DNA of 64,000 nt from Muribaculaceae bacterium (GCA_017547845.1 JAFYNZ010000026.1:1594-65593), one strand, 5' to 3'. Shown: positions 19,842 to 29,994, counted from the stretch's first letter. Notes: generated by a model not told the origin, from the sequence alone. Made by a program: numbers and translations.

Positions 19842-21617
19842 ATGTCGTTAGATAAAATTATTTCTCAAGCAGTGTCACGCGCAGTGGCAGAATTGTATGC
19901 TGTGGAAGTGAGTGCAGAATCTATTGTGCCTCAAGCCACTCGTAAAGAATTTGAAGGCAACCTCACTGTGGTGGTCTTCCCATTCCTCAAGGCTTCTCGC
20001 AAGTCGCCTGAAGCTACTGCGACTGAGCTTGGCGAATGGCTCGTGGCTAACGAAGCGGCTGTCGAAAAGTTTAACGTAGTGAAGGGCTTCCTCAACATCA
20101 GCATCAAGTCTGACTTCTGGATTGACGTGCTTAATGACGTGGCTAACGCCGATGATTTCGGTATCAAGCCGGTGACTGATGAGTCGCAGCTCGTAATGGT
20201 CGAATACTCATCGCCTAACACCAACAAGCCTCTCCACCTTGGTCACGTTCGCAACAATCTTCTCGGTTATTCGCTCTCTCTAATCCTCAAGGCTAACGGC
20301 TACAAGGTGGTGAAGACCAACATTGTCAACGACCGTGGTATCCACATCTGTAAGTCGATGCTCGCTTGGCAGAAGTGGGGCGATGGCATCACTCCTGAAA
20401 AGGCAGGCAAGAAGGGCGACCACCTCATCGGCGACTTCTATGTCGAATTTGACAAGCACTATAAGGCTGAACTTAAGGCTCTTAAAGAAAGCGGTCTTTC
20501 TGACGAAGAGGCTGAAAAGCAATCAACTTTGATGCAAGAAGCTCGCGAAATGCTTCGCAAATGGGAGCAAAACGACCCTGAAATCCGTGGTCTCTGGAAG
20601 ACTATGAACGAGTGGGTGTATGCCGGCTTCGACGACACCTACAAGCGCATGGGCGTTGACTTCGACAAGATTTACTACGAGTCAGACACATATCTCGAAG
20701 GAAAGGACTTGGTGCTCGGTGGTATCGAAAAGGGCATCATGTATCGCAAGGAGGACAACTCTGTCTGGGCTGACCTCACTGCCGACGGCCTCGACCACAA
20801 GCTCTTGCTCCGCGGCGATGGCACATCTGTCTATATGACTCAAGACATCGGTACAGCAAAACTTCGCTATCAAGACTATCCTATCGACAAGATGGTCTAT
20901 GTCGTTGGTAATGAGCAGAACTACCACTTCCAAGTGCTCGCATTGCTCCTCGATAAACTCGGCTTCAAGTGGGGTAAAGATCTTGTACACTTCTCTTACG
21001 GCATGGTCGAACTCCCTCACGGCAAGATGAAGAGCCGCGAAGGCACAGTCGTAGATGCCGACGACTTGATGGACGAAATGATCAACTCTGCTGCCGAAGC
21101 TTCTGCCGAACGCATGAAGGATATCCCAGCAGACGAAGCTGCCGAAATCGCTCGCGTCATCGGTCTTGGTGCGTTGAAATACTTCTTGCTCAAGGTCGAC
21201 CCTCGCAAGAACATGATGTTCAACCCTCAAGAGTCTATCGACTTCAACGGCAACACCGGTCCGTTCATTCAATACACCTACGCTCGTATCCAGTCGGTGT
21301 TGCGTCGCGCTCAAGAGCAGGCAGCGGCATTGACAGTGAAGCCTGTGCCATCAGAGAAAGAAGTCACTCTCATTCAGAAGATTGCCGACTTCCCATCAGT
21401 GGTCGAAGATGCAGGTCGCAACTATAGCCCGGCTGTCATCGCCAACTATTGCTACGACCTCGCTAAGGAGTACAATCAATTCTACCACGACTATCCTATC
21501 CTCAAAGAAGAGGACGAAAACGTGCGTGCGATGCGTCTGCTCCTTTCTTCGGTGACAGCTCGCACGCTCAAGAGCGCAGTGGCGTTGCTCGGTATCGAAA
21601 TGCCAAATAGAATGTAA
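19842..21617 (+). CDS. argS: Arginine--tRNA ligase
   Basis: EYSSPNTNKPLHLGH (HIGH), KMKSREG, GNTGPFIQYTYARI, C-terminal GIEMPNRM. Confidence 0.97.
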   Translation: MSLDKIISQAVSRAVAELYAVEVSAESIVPQATRKEFEGNLTVVVFPFLKASRKSPEATATELGEWLVANEAAVEKFNVVKGFLNISIKSDFWIDVLNDVANADDFGIKPVTDESQLVMVEYSSPNTNKPLHLGHVRNNLLGYSLSLILKANGYKVVKTNIVNDRGIHICKSMLAWQKWGDGITPEKAGKKGDHLIGDFYVEFDKHYKAELKALKESGLSDEEAEKQSTLMQEAREMLRKWEQNDPEIRGLWKTMNEWVYAGFDDTYKRMGVDFDKIYYESDTYLEGKDLVLGGIEKGIMYRKEDNSVWADLTADGLDHKLLLRGDGTSVYMTQDIGTAKLRYQDYPIDKMVYVVGNEQNYHFQVLALLLDKLGFKWGKDLVHFSYGMVELPHGKMKSREGTVVDADDLMDEMINSAAEASAERMKDIPADEAAEIARVIGLGALKYFLLKVDPRKNMMFNPQESIDFNGNTGPFIQYTYARIQSVLRRAQEQAAALTVKPVPSEKEVTLIQKIADFPSVVEDAGRNYSPAVIANYCYDLAKEYNQFYHDYPILKEEDENVRAMRLLLSSVTARTLKSAVALLGIEMPNRM

Positions 21618-21738
21618 AAATCCGTAAAACCGACCAAACGATTGGCACACTATTTGACAGACAAGGTTAAACCTCGACAATGTCGGAGTGTCAAAATAGT
21701 GTGACAATCATTTACAAACCATCTAAATAATTAGAAAA

Positions 21739-22461
21739 ATGAATTTTCAAAATCAAAACCCCACAACACCTCCTCCTTTTTACGGGCAGAGGTCAGTAGT
21801 CGATCAGACTAATGCTGTACTTAAACGTGTCTATGTGCGAATGTTCCTCGGATTGCTCATCTCTGCATTCTGTGCAGTCGGTGTGGCAAGTTCGCCTGCA
21901 GCCTTGAACTTCATCTTCGGCAACCAATTGGTTTACTGGGGAATGTTCATCGCAATGATTGCAATGGCTTGGACTATTCCTGCTCGCATCAACAAGATGT
22001 CGACAGGCACATGCCTCATGCTCTTCGCAATCTTCTCGGCATTGATGGGCTGCTCATTGGCTTCAATCTTCGTGATTTATAGCCTTGGCTCAATCGCATC
22101 GACATTCTTCATTACAGCCGGTCTCTTCGGCGTAATGAGCATCTATGGCTACTTCACCAAGAGCGACCTTTCGAAGATGGGTACATTCCTTTCAATGGCG
22201 CTTATCGGCTTGATTATCGCTTCTATCGTCAATATCTTCCTCGCAAGCTCAGGTCTTGGTTGGATTATCTCGTTTGCAGGCGTAATCATCTTCACAGGCT
22301 TGACAGCATGGGATACACAGCAGATTAAGCAACTCGCAGCGATGAATCTCGAACCTTCAATGGCTGACAAATTGGCGACAATCGGCGCATTGAACCTCTA
22401 CCTCGACTTTATCAACCTCTTCCTCTTCTTGCTCCGCTTCCTTGGCGGTAGCCGCGACTAA
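21739..22461 (+). CDS. Bax inhibitor-1/YccA family membrane protein
   Basis: 7 TM segments; TAWDTQQIK and ALNLYLDFINLFL. Confidence 0.93.
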   Translation: MNFQNQNPTTPPPFYGQRSVVDQTNAVLKRVYVRMFLGLLISAFCAVGVASSPAALNFIFGNQLVYWGMFIAMIAMAWTIPARINKMSTGTCLMLFAIFSALMGCSLASIFVIYSLGSIASTFFITAGLFGVMSIYGYFTKSDLSKMGTFLSMALIGLIIASIVNIFLASSGLGWIISFAGVIIFTGLTAWDTQQIKQLAAMNLEPSMADKLATIGALNLYLDFINLFLFLLRFLGGSRD

Positions 22462-22486
22462 CGCAAACCACACCTTAATTATACCG

Positions 22487-22520
22487 AGGGACGTCTCATC
22501 GCGAGGCGTCCCTTTTCTTT
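22487..22520 (+). terminator. Rho-independent terminator
   Basis: agggacgtctc...gaggcgtccct stem with T-rich tail. Confidence 0.8.
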
Positions 22521-22800
22521 CGTCCTTTTTTCATTAAGCATCCGACTCTTTTCCGACAGATATTTCTCGTTCTCTTTGCCTACGAGTCCTTCTCGGTAGA
22601 TGTCGTTTGCACTAGTTCTTCCTCTTCGACAGCCTATGGGCTTGATGTCGGCGACAATGCTTCGAGATGATAGATATAATAGATGGGGTGGATATAACAG
22701 ACATATTAGATGGGGTAGGAGTAGGATGCGTGACTACGCCATATTGGAACTTGCTATGCCTAAAAAGGCAGGGCTTTATTGTCGTCGGAATTTGCGATTA

Positions 22801-22896
22801 CAGAGCTAAACTGATGAAATTTTCATCGTTTTAGCTCTGCTATCGTCGATTGTAGAGCTAAACTGACGATTTTTTCATCGTTTTAGCTCTACAATC
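22801..22896. repeat. Two tandem 37-bp imperfect palindromes (operator-like)
   Basis: 22802-22838 and 22854-22890 are 34/37 identical, each agagctaaa...tttagctct; just upstream of TATCTTTG at 22910-22917. Confidence 0.85.
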
Positions 22897-22946
22897 CAAA
22901 AATCTTATGTATCTTTGCATATCTTCAACCATTTAAATTAGGAAGT

Positions 22947-24377
22947 ATGGCAAAAATCATAGGAAGAAGTAAAGAAATAGCCACGTTAAGACAATACATC
23001 AACTCTGATAAAACCGAGTTTATTGCTGTTTATGGAAGGCGACGTGTGGGAAAGACATTTCTTATAAGGGAAATGTTTAGGAACGAATTTGCTTTTGAGG
23101 TTTCGGGAACTATTGATGGAAAAAAGAGTGAGCAAATGTTCAACTTTACACAAGCGTTGGAACGCTTCGGATATGATGGTTCGGAAAAGCCTACCACTTG
23201 GAATTCCGCCTTTGCCTTACTCCAAAAATTATTAGAAGAAAAAGCTCGAAGTCAGCGATGTATCATTTTTATTGATGAACTTCCTTGTTTTGACACTCCA
23301 AAAGCCGGATTTGTCAGAGCCTTAGACCATTTCTGGAATGGTTGGGCATCTAATTTTTCAAACATAAAGCTAATCGTTTGTGGTTCTGCTACCTCATGGA
23401 TGGTCGATAACATCATAGACAATCATGGTGGTCTCCATAACCGAATCACTCACGAAATACACCTATGTCCGTTCACTCTTAGCGAAGCAGAAACCTACTT
23501 TAAAGAATATGGTTTTGAATGGAATAGACTTTCTGTCCTTCAGGCCTATATGGCGTTGGGAGGTATACCATATTATTATAGTCTGCTCGACAATCGGAGA
23601 AGTCTTGCCCAAAACATTGATAGCCTGTTTTTTCAAGAAGGGGGAGAAATGCGTCGTGAGCACGATCGCCTGTTTAAATCATTGTTCAAATCGCCGGATG
23701 CATACCTTTCTGTTATTAAGGTATTGTCTGAAAACAAGCAAGGACTTTCCAGAGAGGAAATCGCTACACAAGCTAAACTTTCTAACAACGGATATTTGAC
23801 CAAGCTTCTAACCAATCTTGTGAATTGTGATTTCATTCGAGTATTTCAAGTAAAGGAGAAGAAAATCAAGGCAAATGCTATGCTTTACCAGTTGACCGAC
23901 CTTTTTACCTTGTTTCATTATACATTTGCTCAAAAGAAAACGACTGATGAACATTATTGGTCGAATATGCTTGGCACAAGCAAAATGAATTCTTGGTTGG
24001 GTTTGGCTTTTGAGCGAGTGTGTATGTTGCATATCCCCCAGATTAAGACTGCTTTAGGCATCAATCGCATACACACGGAATACTATTCATGGCGAAGCAA
24101 GTATAGCCAACCGGCTGCACAAATTGATCTCATAATCGAACGTGCAGACCAATTGGTCAATATCTGTGAAGTGAAATATAGCGAATACCCATATAGCATT
24201 AGCAAAACGGAAGAAAGCCGATTGCGCAATCGAATAGGGTGTTTCCAAGAAGAGACCCAAACTCGAGGGGGAATCCACTTGACATTTATCACAACTTTTG
24301 GTGTGAAGAAAAATGTCCATAGTGATGCCGTAAAAAACGAAATCACCCTCGACGATTTATTCTCTATGCCAAGATAG
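22947..24377 (+). CDS. P-loop ATPase (archaeal-ATPase-like) with wHTH and C-terminal PD-(D/E)xK-like domain
   Basis: GRRRVGKT Walker A, IFIDE Walker B, GGIPYY, QIDLII...ICEVKY; more AT-rich than its neighbours. Confidence 0.85.
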   Translation: MAKIIGRSKEIATLRQYINSDKTEFIAVYGRRRVGKTFLIREMFRNEFAFEVSGTIDGKKSEQMFNFTQALERFGYDGSEKPTTWNSAFALLQKLLEEKARSQRCIIFIDELPCFDTPKAGFVRALDHFWNGWASNFSNIKLIVCGSATSWMVDNIIDNHGGLHNRITHEIHLCPFTLSEAETYFKEYGFEWNRLSVLQAYMALGGIPYYYSLLDNRRSLAQNIDSLFFQEGGEMRREHDRLFKSLFKSPDAYLSVIKVLSENKQGLSREEIATQAKLSNNGYLTKLLTNLVNCDFIRVFQVKEKKIKANAMLYQLTDLFTLFHYTFAQKKTTDEHYWSNMLGTSKMNSWLGLAFERVCMLHIPQIKTALGINRIHTEYYSWRSKYSQPAAQIDLIIERADQLVNICEVKYSEYPYSISKTEESRLRNRIGCFQEETQTRGGIHLTFITTFGVKKNVHSDAVKNEITLDDLFSMPR

Positions 24378-24438
24378 TCGTTTCTGACACCATCTATATT
24401 GTCGTTCGCTTGAGACTGAGTCGCTGACTTGTGGGGGA

Positions 24439-25488
24439 TTAGAGGGGTTGGCGGAGGGAGCGGGGGATGAGGGTGACGATGCGGTCGGTGAGCCATGGTG
24501 TCCAGAGGTCTTTGAGGCGTGTCAGCAACCAAGCGGCCAGCCATAGGGCGATGAAGATGCCGAGCAGTAGGCCGACGTAGCCCCAGGAGAAGCCGAGGCT
24601 GTCAAACATGGCACGTTGCCAGTTGTAGAGGTATTCGCCGCCGATGCCGTCTTGCAGCAGGTAGACTCCGAATGCAGCGGTCGCCAAGGAGTTGACCCAT
24701 CGGCTTTGGAATGTGAGGCGTGTAAACCAGCATAGGATTGCCGCTTTGGAGAATATGGTCAGAGGGTTGCTCTGCTTGAAGAAGAATTGTCGCATGCTTT
24801 GCTTGAGTGTCGGGGTGTCGAGTATGGCGAGTTCAATACCGATTGAGATGAGTGCCAGCACGATAGATGCGGCGGGAAATACCCATGTCGGTATCTTCTG
24901 CAAGGCTGTCTCTTGACGAAGATAGTAGCCGAGCAGGTAGAGATAGATGAATGTGAAAATGCCTGTGCCCATGATGTCGACGCGGTTGCCGATGATGGCC
25001 ATGGAGTAGAATTCGACGGCTGAGAGTATGAGTATGACAGCACGCAGTTGGGGCAGGGTGAATGAGCGTATACCGCGATTGACTACGGGGCTGACGAGCA
25101 TTAAGATGAAGTAGGTGGCGATGAACCAGTAGCCGGAGTTGGATAGTGGGGCTTTGGCAAATTCGGTCAGTCGCAAGGCGGGGTTGACGTTGTCGAAGAT
25201 GGCTGAAGCGACACCGATGTTGACCAAGAAGAAGAATGCCACGGTCAGTGCGAGTCCGACGACAGATTTCCACGACAGTTTGATGCCGAAAAATCCCGAT
25301 ATCATGATGAAGAGGTCGACGCCTCCCATGCTGAAGCCTTCGAGTATTTCGTAGGCGGGGAAGGTGAATTGCTTGTAGAGCATGCCGTGGCACCAGAAGT
25401 GGTGGAGCATGATGAAGCTCATAGCGACGATGCGCAGCAGCTCCATGTTGGAGTGGCGGATTTTTTTTTCTTCGATTTTGTTGTCCAT
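24439..25488 (-). CDS. Acyltransferase family 3 membrane protein
   Basis: RHSNMELLRIVAM, VDLFIMISGFF, YWFI, FGVYLLQ; multiple TM segments. Confidence 0.85.
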   Translation of the reverse strand: MDNKIEEKKIRHSNMELLRIVAMSFIMLHHFWCHGMLYKQFTFPAYEILEGFSMGGVDLFIMISGFFGIKLSWKSVVGLALTVAFFFLVNIGVASAIFDNVNPALRLTEFAKAPLSNSGYWFIATYFILMLVSPVVNRGIRSFTLPQLRAVILILSAVEFYSMAIIGNRVDIMGTGIFTFIYLYLLGYYLRQETALQKIPTWVFPAASIVLALISIGIELAILDTPTLKQSMRQFFFKQSNPLTIFSKAAILCWFTRLTFQSRWVNSLATAAFGVYLLQDGIGGEYLYNWQRAMFDSLGFSWGYVGLLLGIFIALWLAAWLLTRLKDLWTPWLTDRIVTLIPRSLRQPL

Positions 25489-25536
25489 GATGCGAGATGT
25501 TTATGGAGGGGTGGATTATGCGATGTCTGCATGTGG

Positions 25537-25911
25537 TCAGATGCCTAAAATGTTTCTAACGATGAGCCATGCCAGAGTCAAGACTATTACGCTGAATATG
25601 AAGGGGAGGGAGTAGAAATTGCGGTAGAGTCGGGGGTGATGGAAGCGACGGATTTCCAGCCACACCATGAAGAGTATCACCGGCGACATGGCGAGTAGAA
25701 ATGCGTTGTAGTGCCATGCTGCAACGATGTCGCCTTGTAGCAGGGCATGAAGCATGCGTTGTGAGCCGCAACCGGGGCATTGCCAACCTGTCAGCTTGAG
25801 GAAGAAGCACTGCGGGAAGAGTGCAGAGGTCGTGGGGTCGAATATTGCATAGACAATAATCAACCCCACGATGATGAGTATGATGGCGAGACGCTTGTGT
25901 CGACTTTGCAT
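25537..25911 (-). CDS. DUF2752 family membrane protein
   Basis: CFFLKLTGWQCPGCGSQRMLHALLQGD motif. Confidence 0.9.
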   Translation of the reverse strand: MQSRHKRLAIILIIVGLIIVYAIFDPTTSALFPQCFFLKLTGWQCPGCGSQRMLHALLQGDIVAAWHYNAFLLAMSPVILFMVWLEIRRFHHPRLYRNFYSLPFIFSVIVLTLAWLIVRNILGI

Positions 25912-27017
25912 CAGAATGAGCTCAACAGCAATTCTTTAGAGAGCATAATCGGCAACTGAAGTGTAGTCGAAAGCAGACCAAGCACAAACGATGCGATGAT
26001 CCATGCTTCGGCAGCTTTCGAAGCGCGTTTAGCACCCTCGATGTCGCCGTTGTGGTAGCGTGAACTCACTTGTGCGCTATAGAATATCGCCACGATGCCC
26101 GGCACCATGCAGCAGCATAGAGTCATAATGACCGACCACACAAGATGGGTCGATGGCATCGGCTCTTGCTCTCCGACTTGATTCAGAGGCTGCTGAGATG
26201 GTTGAGGTTGAGGCGCGTATGGCTGAGTCGGTTGCTGAGGAGCAGCATCGACTTCAGGCGTCGGAGGAGGAGTAGCGGCTTGTGGTTGAGGATCATACTT
26301 GATGCTCAACTCGTTGGCCCATTCTTCCTCAGGAGTTGCATTTTTTTTTTCGTTGTCGATGTCGTCGACAGCCATAGCGTAGGAACCGAAGGCCGACTCT
26401 TCTTCAAGGTCGACGATAGACGTCGGAGCAGAAGGTGTCTGCTCGTCTATTTTTTTGAGTGCAGCGACTATGGCACGAGGGTAGAGGTCGTATTCGACAG
26501 GGTGAATTTTTGCCTCAAGGCTCTCGGCAGTCTCTCCTTCGACGAGGTCGATGGCTTGTTGCATGATGATTTCGCCACCGTCGATTTCGTCGGTGACATA
26601 GTGTACGGTCACGCCGCTCTGCTTGTCGCCGGCAGCGATGACAGCCTTATGCACATAGTGCCCATACATGCCTTTGCCGCCGTGGGCAGGGAGCAACGAT
26701 GGGTGAATGTTGATGATGCGTCCTTTGTAGGCGTTGATGATTGCAGAGTCGATTTTGCGCATAAAGCCTGCGAGAACTACGAGGTCGACCTCATTGCGTT
26801 GGAGGATGTCGACCACTTGCTGAGCGTCGTTTTCCCACACAGAGTTTGGCACGTATTGGGTAGGCACGCCGAGTGCTTGCATACGCTCGTGTACGCCTGC
26901 CTTCTGACGGTTGGCGAGCACGACTACGACGCGAATCTTATTGCCTTCGTGGAAGAGGCGCACGATGTTTTCGGCATTTGTTCCGCTTCCCGATGCGAGT
27001 ATTGCTATTTTCTTCAT
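25911..27017 (-). CDS. purN: Phosphoribosylglycinamide formyltransferase fused to a C-terminal CD225/dispanin domain
   Basis: ILASGSGTN, LAGFM, INIHPSLLP, GVTVHYV; Pro/Gln linker; CCCMVPGIVAIFYSAQVSSRYHNGDIEGAKRAS (CD225). Confidence 0.9.
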   Translation of the reverse strand: MKKIAILASGSGTNAENIVRLFHEGNKIRVVVVLANRQKAGVHERMQALGVPTQYVPNSVWENDAQQVVDILQRNEVDLVVLAGFMRKIDSAIINAYKGRIINIHPSLLPAHGGKGMYGHYVHKAVIAAGDKQSGVTVHYVTDEIDGGEIIMQQAIDLVEGETAESLEAKIHPVEYDLYPRAIVAALKKIDEQTPSAPTSIVDLEEESAFGSYAMAVDDIDNEKKNATPEEEWANELSIKYDPQPQAATPPPTPEVDAAPQQPTQPYAPQPQPSQQPLNQVGEQEPMPSTHLVWSVIMTLCCCMVPGIVAIFYSAQVSSRYHNGDIEGAKRASKAAEAWIIASFVLGLLSTTLQLPIMLSKELLLSSF

Positions 27018-27056
27018 AATCAGATGTTTACTATATGGTTAGAGGGGTTTGACTTA

Positions 27057-28895
27057 TCAAAATTTCTGCATGTCGACCAGACGCTTGTAGTAGCCGTTGA
27101 GGGCGAGCAACTGGTCGTGAGTGCCGCGTTCGACAATCTGTCCTTGGTGCATTACGCATATCATGTCGGCATTGATGATGGTCGACAGACGATGGGCGAT
27201 GACCAGCGTGGTGCGATTCTTCATCAGACGCTCAAGTGCCTCTTGCACAAGTCGTTCGCTCTCGGTGTCGAGGGCTGAAGTCGCCTCGTCGAGGATGAGA
27301 ATCGGAGGGTTTTTGAGGATAGCGCGAGCGATGCTGAGGCGTTGACGCTGACCGCCCGATAGTTTGCAACCACGGTCGCCGATGTTGGTCTGATAGCCGT
27401 CGGCGGTATCCATGATGAAGTCGTGGGCGTTGGCGATGCGTGCCGCGGCTTCGACCTCCTCTTGGGTGGCATTTTCAACGCCGAAGGTGATATTGTTGTA
27501 GAACGTGTCATTGAAGAGGATTGCTTCCTGGTTGACATTGCCCATCAGCGAACGTAAATCCTTGACTTTGAAGTCTTTGATGTCGATGCCGTCAATCGTG
27601 ATAGAGCCCGAATCAATGTCCCAAAAGCGTGGAAGAAGGTCGACGAGCGTTGACTTTCCCGAGCCCGACTGACCGACAATGGCGACCGTCTTGCCGGCCT
27701 CAACATGAAGACTGACATTGTCGATGACGCGATGCTCAGAGTCGTAGCTGAAGCAGACATTGTCGAATGCTATCGGCGACTTGTGGGCATCGATTGACTT
27801 GATGTCGACAGGGCATGCAGGATCGCAGATAGGGTTTTCGGCATTGAGGATTTTGTCGATACGCTCCATCGAAGCCATACCTTTTTGTATCGAGTAACCG
27901 GCTTTGGAAAGGTCCTTGGCAGGGTTGATGATGCTATAGAAAATCACCATGTAGTAGATGAACGCTGCGGCGTCGATGGTGCTGTCGCCCGAGAGGATGA
28001 GCGTGCCGCCAAACCATAGCAGCGTGGCGATGGCAGCCGTGCCGAGAAATTCGCTCATCGGGTGAGCAAGCGAGTGACGGCGTTGGATAGCGTTGGAGAT
28101 GCGGAAAAACTGTTGGGCTTCGGCATGGAAACGACCGGTCATCTTGTGCTCGGCATTGAAAGCCTTGATGATGCGCAAGCCGCCGAGAGTCTCCTCGGTG
28201 GTCGATAGTATCTGTCCCCACTGCTGTTGGGCTTCAAGCGATTTGCGTTTGAGGCGGCTACCTACCTTGCCCATGATGTATCCGGCTATCGGAAGCAGCA
28301 CCAGCACAAAGAGCGTCAACTCCCAACTGACCACAATCATCATCACCAAGCAAGCGACAATCATCACCGGATTCTTGAAGAGCATATCGAGAGATGCCAT
28401 CACCGACACCTCAATCTCAGTGACGTCACCCGAGATGCGAGCCATCACGTCGCCCTTGCGTTCGCTGGTGAAAAAGCCGATAGGCAGACTCGTAATCTTG
28501 TCGTACATCTGATTGCGAATGTCGCGCACAATACCGTTGCGCATCGGAATGATGAAATAGGAACTGAGATAGGTCACACCGACCTTGACGAGCGTCATCA
28601 CTACAAGCAGGGCCGCCAGACAAGCGAGAGCCACCGACGCACCATGCTGCTCGATGACCTGCTGCGTATAGTAATAGAAATTGTTGATAGCCACATCCTT
28701 AAACGACTCGGCGCTCCAATCCATATATTGGTAATGCGTCGTATCGATTTGGAAGAGCATCTGAAGGATAGGCACAATAAACGCAAACGAGAAAAGCGTC
28801 ATAAACGCCGCAAGGAGATTGAACACGATGTTCAACACCACATTCCACTTATACGGAGCGACAAAACGTCGCAAAAGCACAAAAAAATCCTTCAC
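27057..28895 (-). CDS. ABC exporter with fused TMD-NBD (MsbA-like)
   Basis: GQSGSGKST, LSGGQRQR, ILDEATSALD, IAHRLST; N-terminal TM domain. Confidence 0.92.
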   Translation of the reverse strand: MKDFFVLLRRFVAPYKWNVVLNIVFNLLAAFMTLFSFAFIVPILQMLFQIDTTHYQYMDWSAESFKDVAINNFYYYTQQVIEQHGASVALACLAALLVVMTLVKVGVTYLSSYFIIPMRNGIVRDIRNQMYDKITSLPIGFFTSERKGDVMARISGDVTEIEVSVMASLDMLFKNPVMIVACLVMMIVVSWELTLFVLVLLPIAGYIMGKVGSRLKRKSLEAQQQWGQILSTTEETLGGLRIIKAFNAEHKMTGRFHAEAQQFFRISNAIQRRHSLAHPMSEFLGTAAIATLLWFGGTLILSGDSTIDAAAFIYYMVIFYSIINPAKDLSKAGYSIQKGMASMERIDKILNAENPICDPACPVDIKSIDAHKSPIAFDNVCFSYDSEHRVIDNVSLHVEAGKTVAIVGQSGSGKSTLVDLLPRFWDIDSGSITIDGIDIKDFKVKDLRSLMGNVNQEAILFNDTFYNNITFGVENATQEEVEAAARIANAHDFIMDTADGYQTNIGDRGCKLSGGQRQRLSIARAILKNPPILILDEATSALDTESERLVQEALERLMKNRTTLVIAHRLSTIINADMICVMHQGQIVERGTHDQLLALNGYYKRLVDMQKF

Positions 28896-28921
28896 AACTG
28901 CTGATTTCTAAATTATGCAAC

Positions 28922-29014
28922 AAAGTTAGTGCAAGGTGAGCGAAAAAGCAAACAAGTTTGCAATTTTTCCGAACCGCCGCCGAACTTATGAAAAGTTAGA
29001 GCAAGGTGAGCAGA
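28922..29014. repeat. Dispersed intergenic repeat, copy 2
   Basis: aaagttag.gcaaggtgagc occurs twice; internal palindrome gcaaac-aa-gtttgc; same architecture as 17467-17572. Confidence 0.7.
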
Positions 29015-29112
29015 GCTGTGAAGGAGGTTTGCTTGACAGCCTTTTGGCCCTTTTAGGCTTGTTGGTCCTTTGTTGGCCTCTCTGTCCACATATCAGCCTA
29101 CCCTTCGGGGTA

Positions 29113-29835
29113 TCAGATATTGACCTTGAGAGCGGCAGCGAGCGAAAGAGCGTCAAACTTGTCGATGAACGAGTAAGACAAAATGCCGATCAAGCCCACC
29201 TCAAAACGGCGGTTGATCTTATAGAAACTGCGACACTCATTGTACATCGTCAGCGGCACATCCATGTGTTGGCAACGATAGATGTCGGAGTAGTGAGTGA
29301 GACTGAAACGCTTCCAGTCGTAAGCCCCGAAGATAGTGAGCTGTCCGCCGTGTCCTGCCTGCGTGTCATAGCGGTAGAGAGGTTCGAGAGTGATAGAGCC
29401 ACACTTGACAGGGATAGTGTAAGCAAGTCCGCCGAAGCACTGAAACGAGTCATAATCGGGAGTGAAATAAGAGCGCACCTCGGCATGCAGATAGAGAGGC
29501 ATAGTCCAGAACTTTTGTTCCCAGATGAGCTGCGTATAGAGCCAACGGTCCTTAAACCCGACAGTCCCCACCTCGACATAGGCATAACCCAAGTGATTCT
29601 TGCCCCAACCCGTCGTTTCCGAGATGAGTTTCAGCTCATTAGCCGTCGAATACGACGTCATAAACACACTCGTAATCTCCGACCTCCCCTCCTCAGTAGT
29701 GGCTTGAGAAGTGGCTGCTTTATCAATGCTTAAAGATGATGTAGGCGTATTAATGGAGTCAAGAGTCGTTGCAGACTGAGCGAATGTAGATAACGCATAA
29801 AATGCTAAAATAGTAGTTAATATTGTGAGTCTCAT
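29113..29835 (-). CDS. Exported protein, probable outer-membrane beta-barrel (DUF5020/Tsx-like)
   Basis: Signal peptide; alternating aromatic beta-strand pattern; WEQKFWTMPLYLHAE resembles DUF5020. Confidence 0.45.
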   Translation of the reverse strand: MRLTILTTILAFYALSTFAQSATTLDSINTPTSSLSIDKAATSQATTEEGRSEITSVFMTSYSTANELKLISETTGWGKNHLGYAYVEVGTVGFKDRWLYTQLIWEQKFWTMPLYLHAEVRSYFTPDYDSFQCFGGLAYTIPVKCGSITLEPLYRYDTQAGHGGQLTIFGAYDWKRFSLTHYSDIYRCQHMDVPLTMYNECRSFYKINRRFEVGLIGILSYSFIDKFDALSLAAALKVNI

Positions 29836-29994
29836 GTTGTTAGGGTGTTAATTGACTATGATTTAATGCTGTAAATATATGACAAAGGTAGTAAAAAATG
29901 GGGATTTAGCACCTAAAACGGGGTTAATTTTAAGGGAGACGGGGGGGAGGGGGATGGGCGAAATATAGCAAAAAATGGTAAAATTGGGATTGGA

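Noticed and set aside
22600-22809. 69-aa ORF and the short repeat tagatggggt
   Set aside because: No motif or clear translation signal; probably non-coding or decayed sequence.
22801-22896. Possible mini-CRISPR (37-bp repeats)
   Set aside because: Only two units separated by 15 bp and no cas genes; better explained as operators.
26145-27278. 377-aa plus-strand ORF and many other long antisense ORFs (e.g. 8961-9749, 28936-29733, 37552-38370, 62667-63482)
   Set aside because: They shadow well-supported genes on the opposite strand and have no recognisable motifs.
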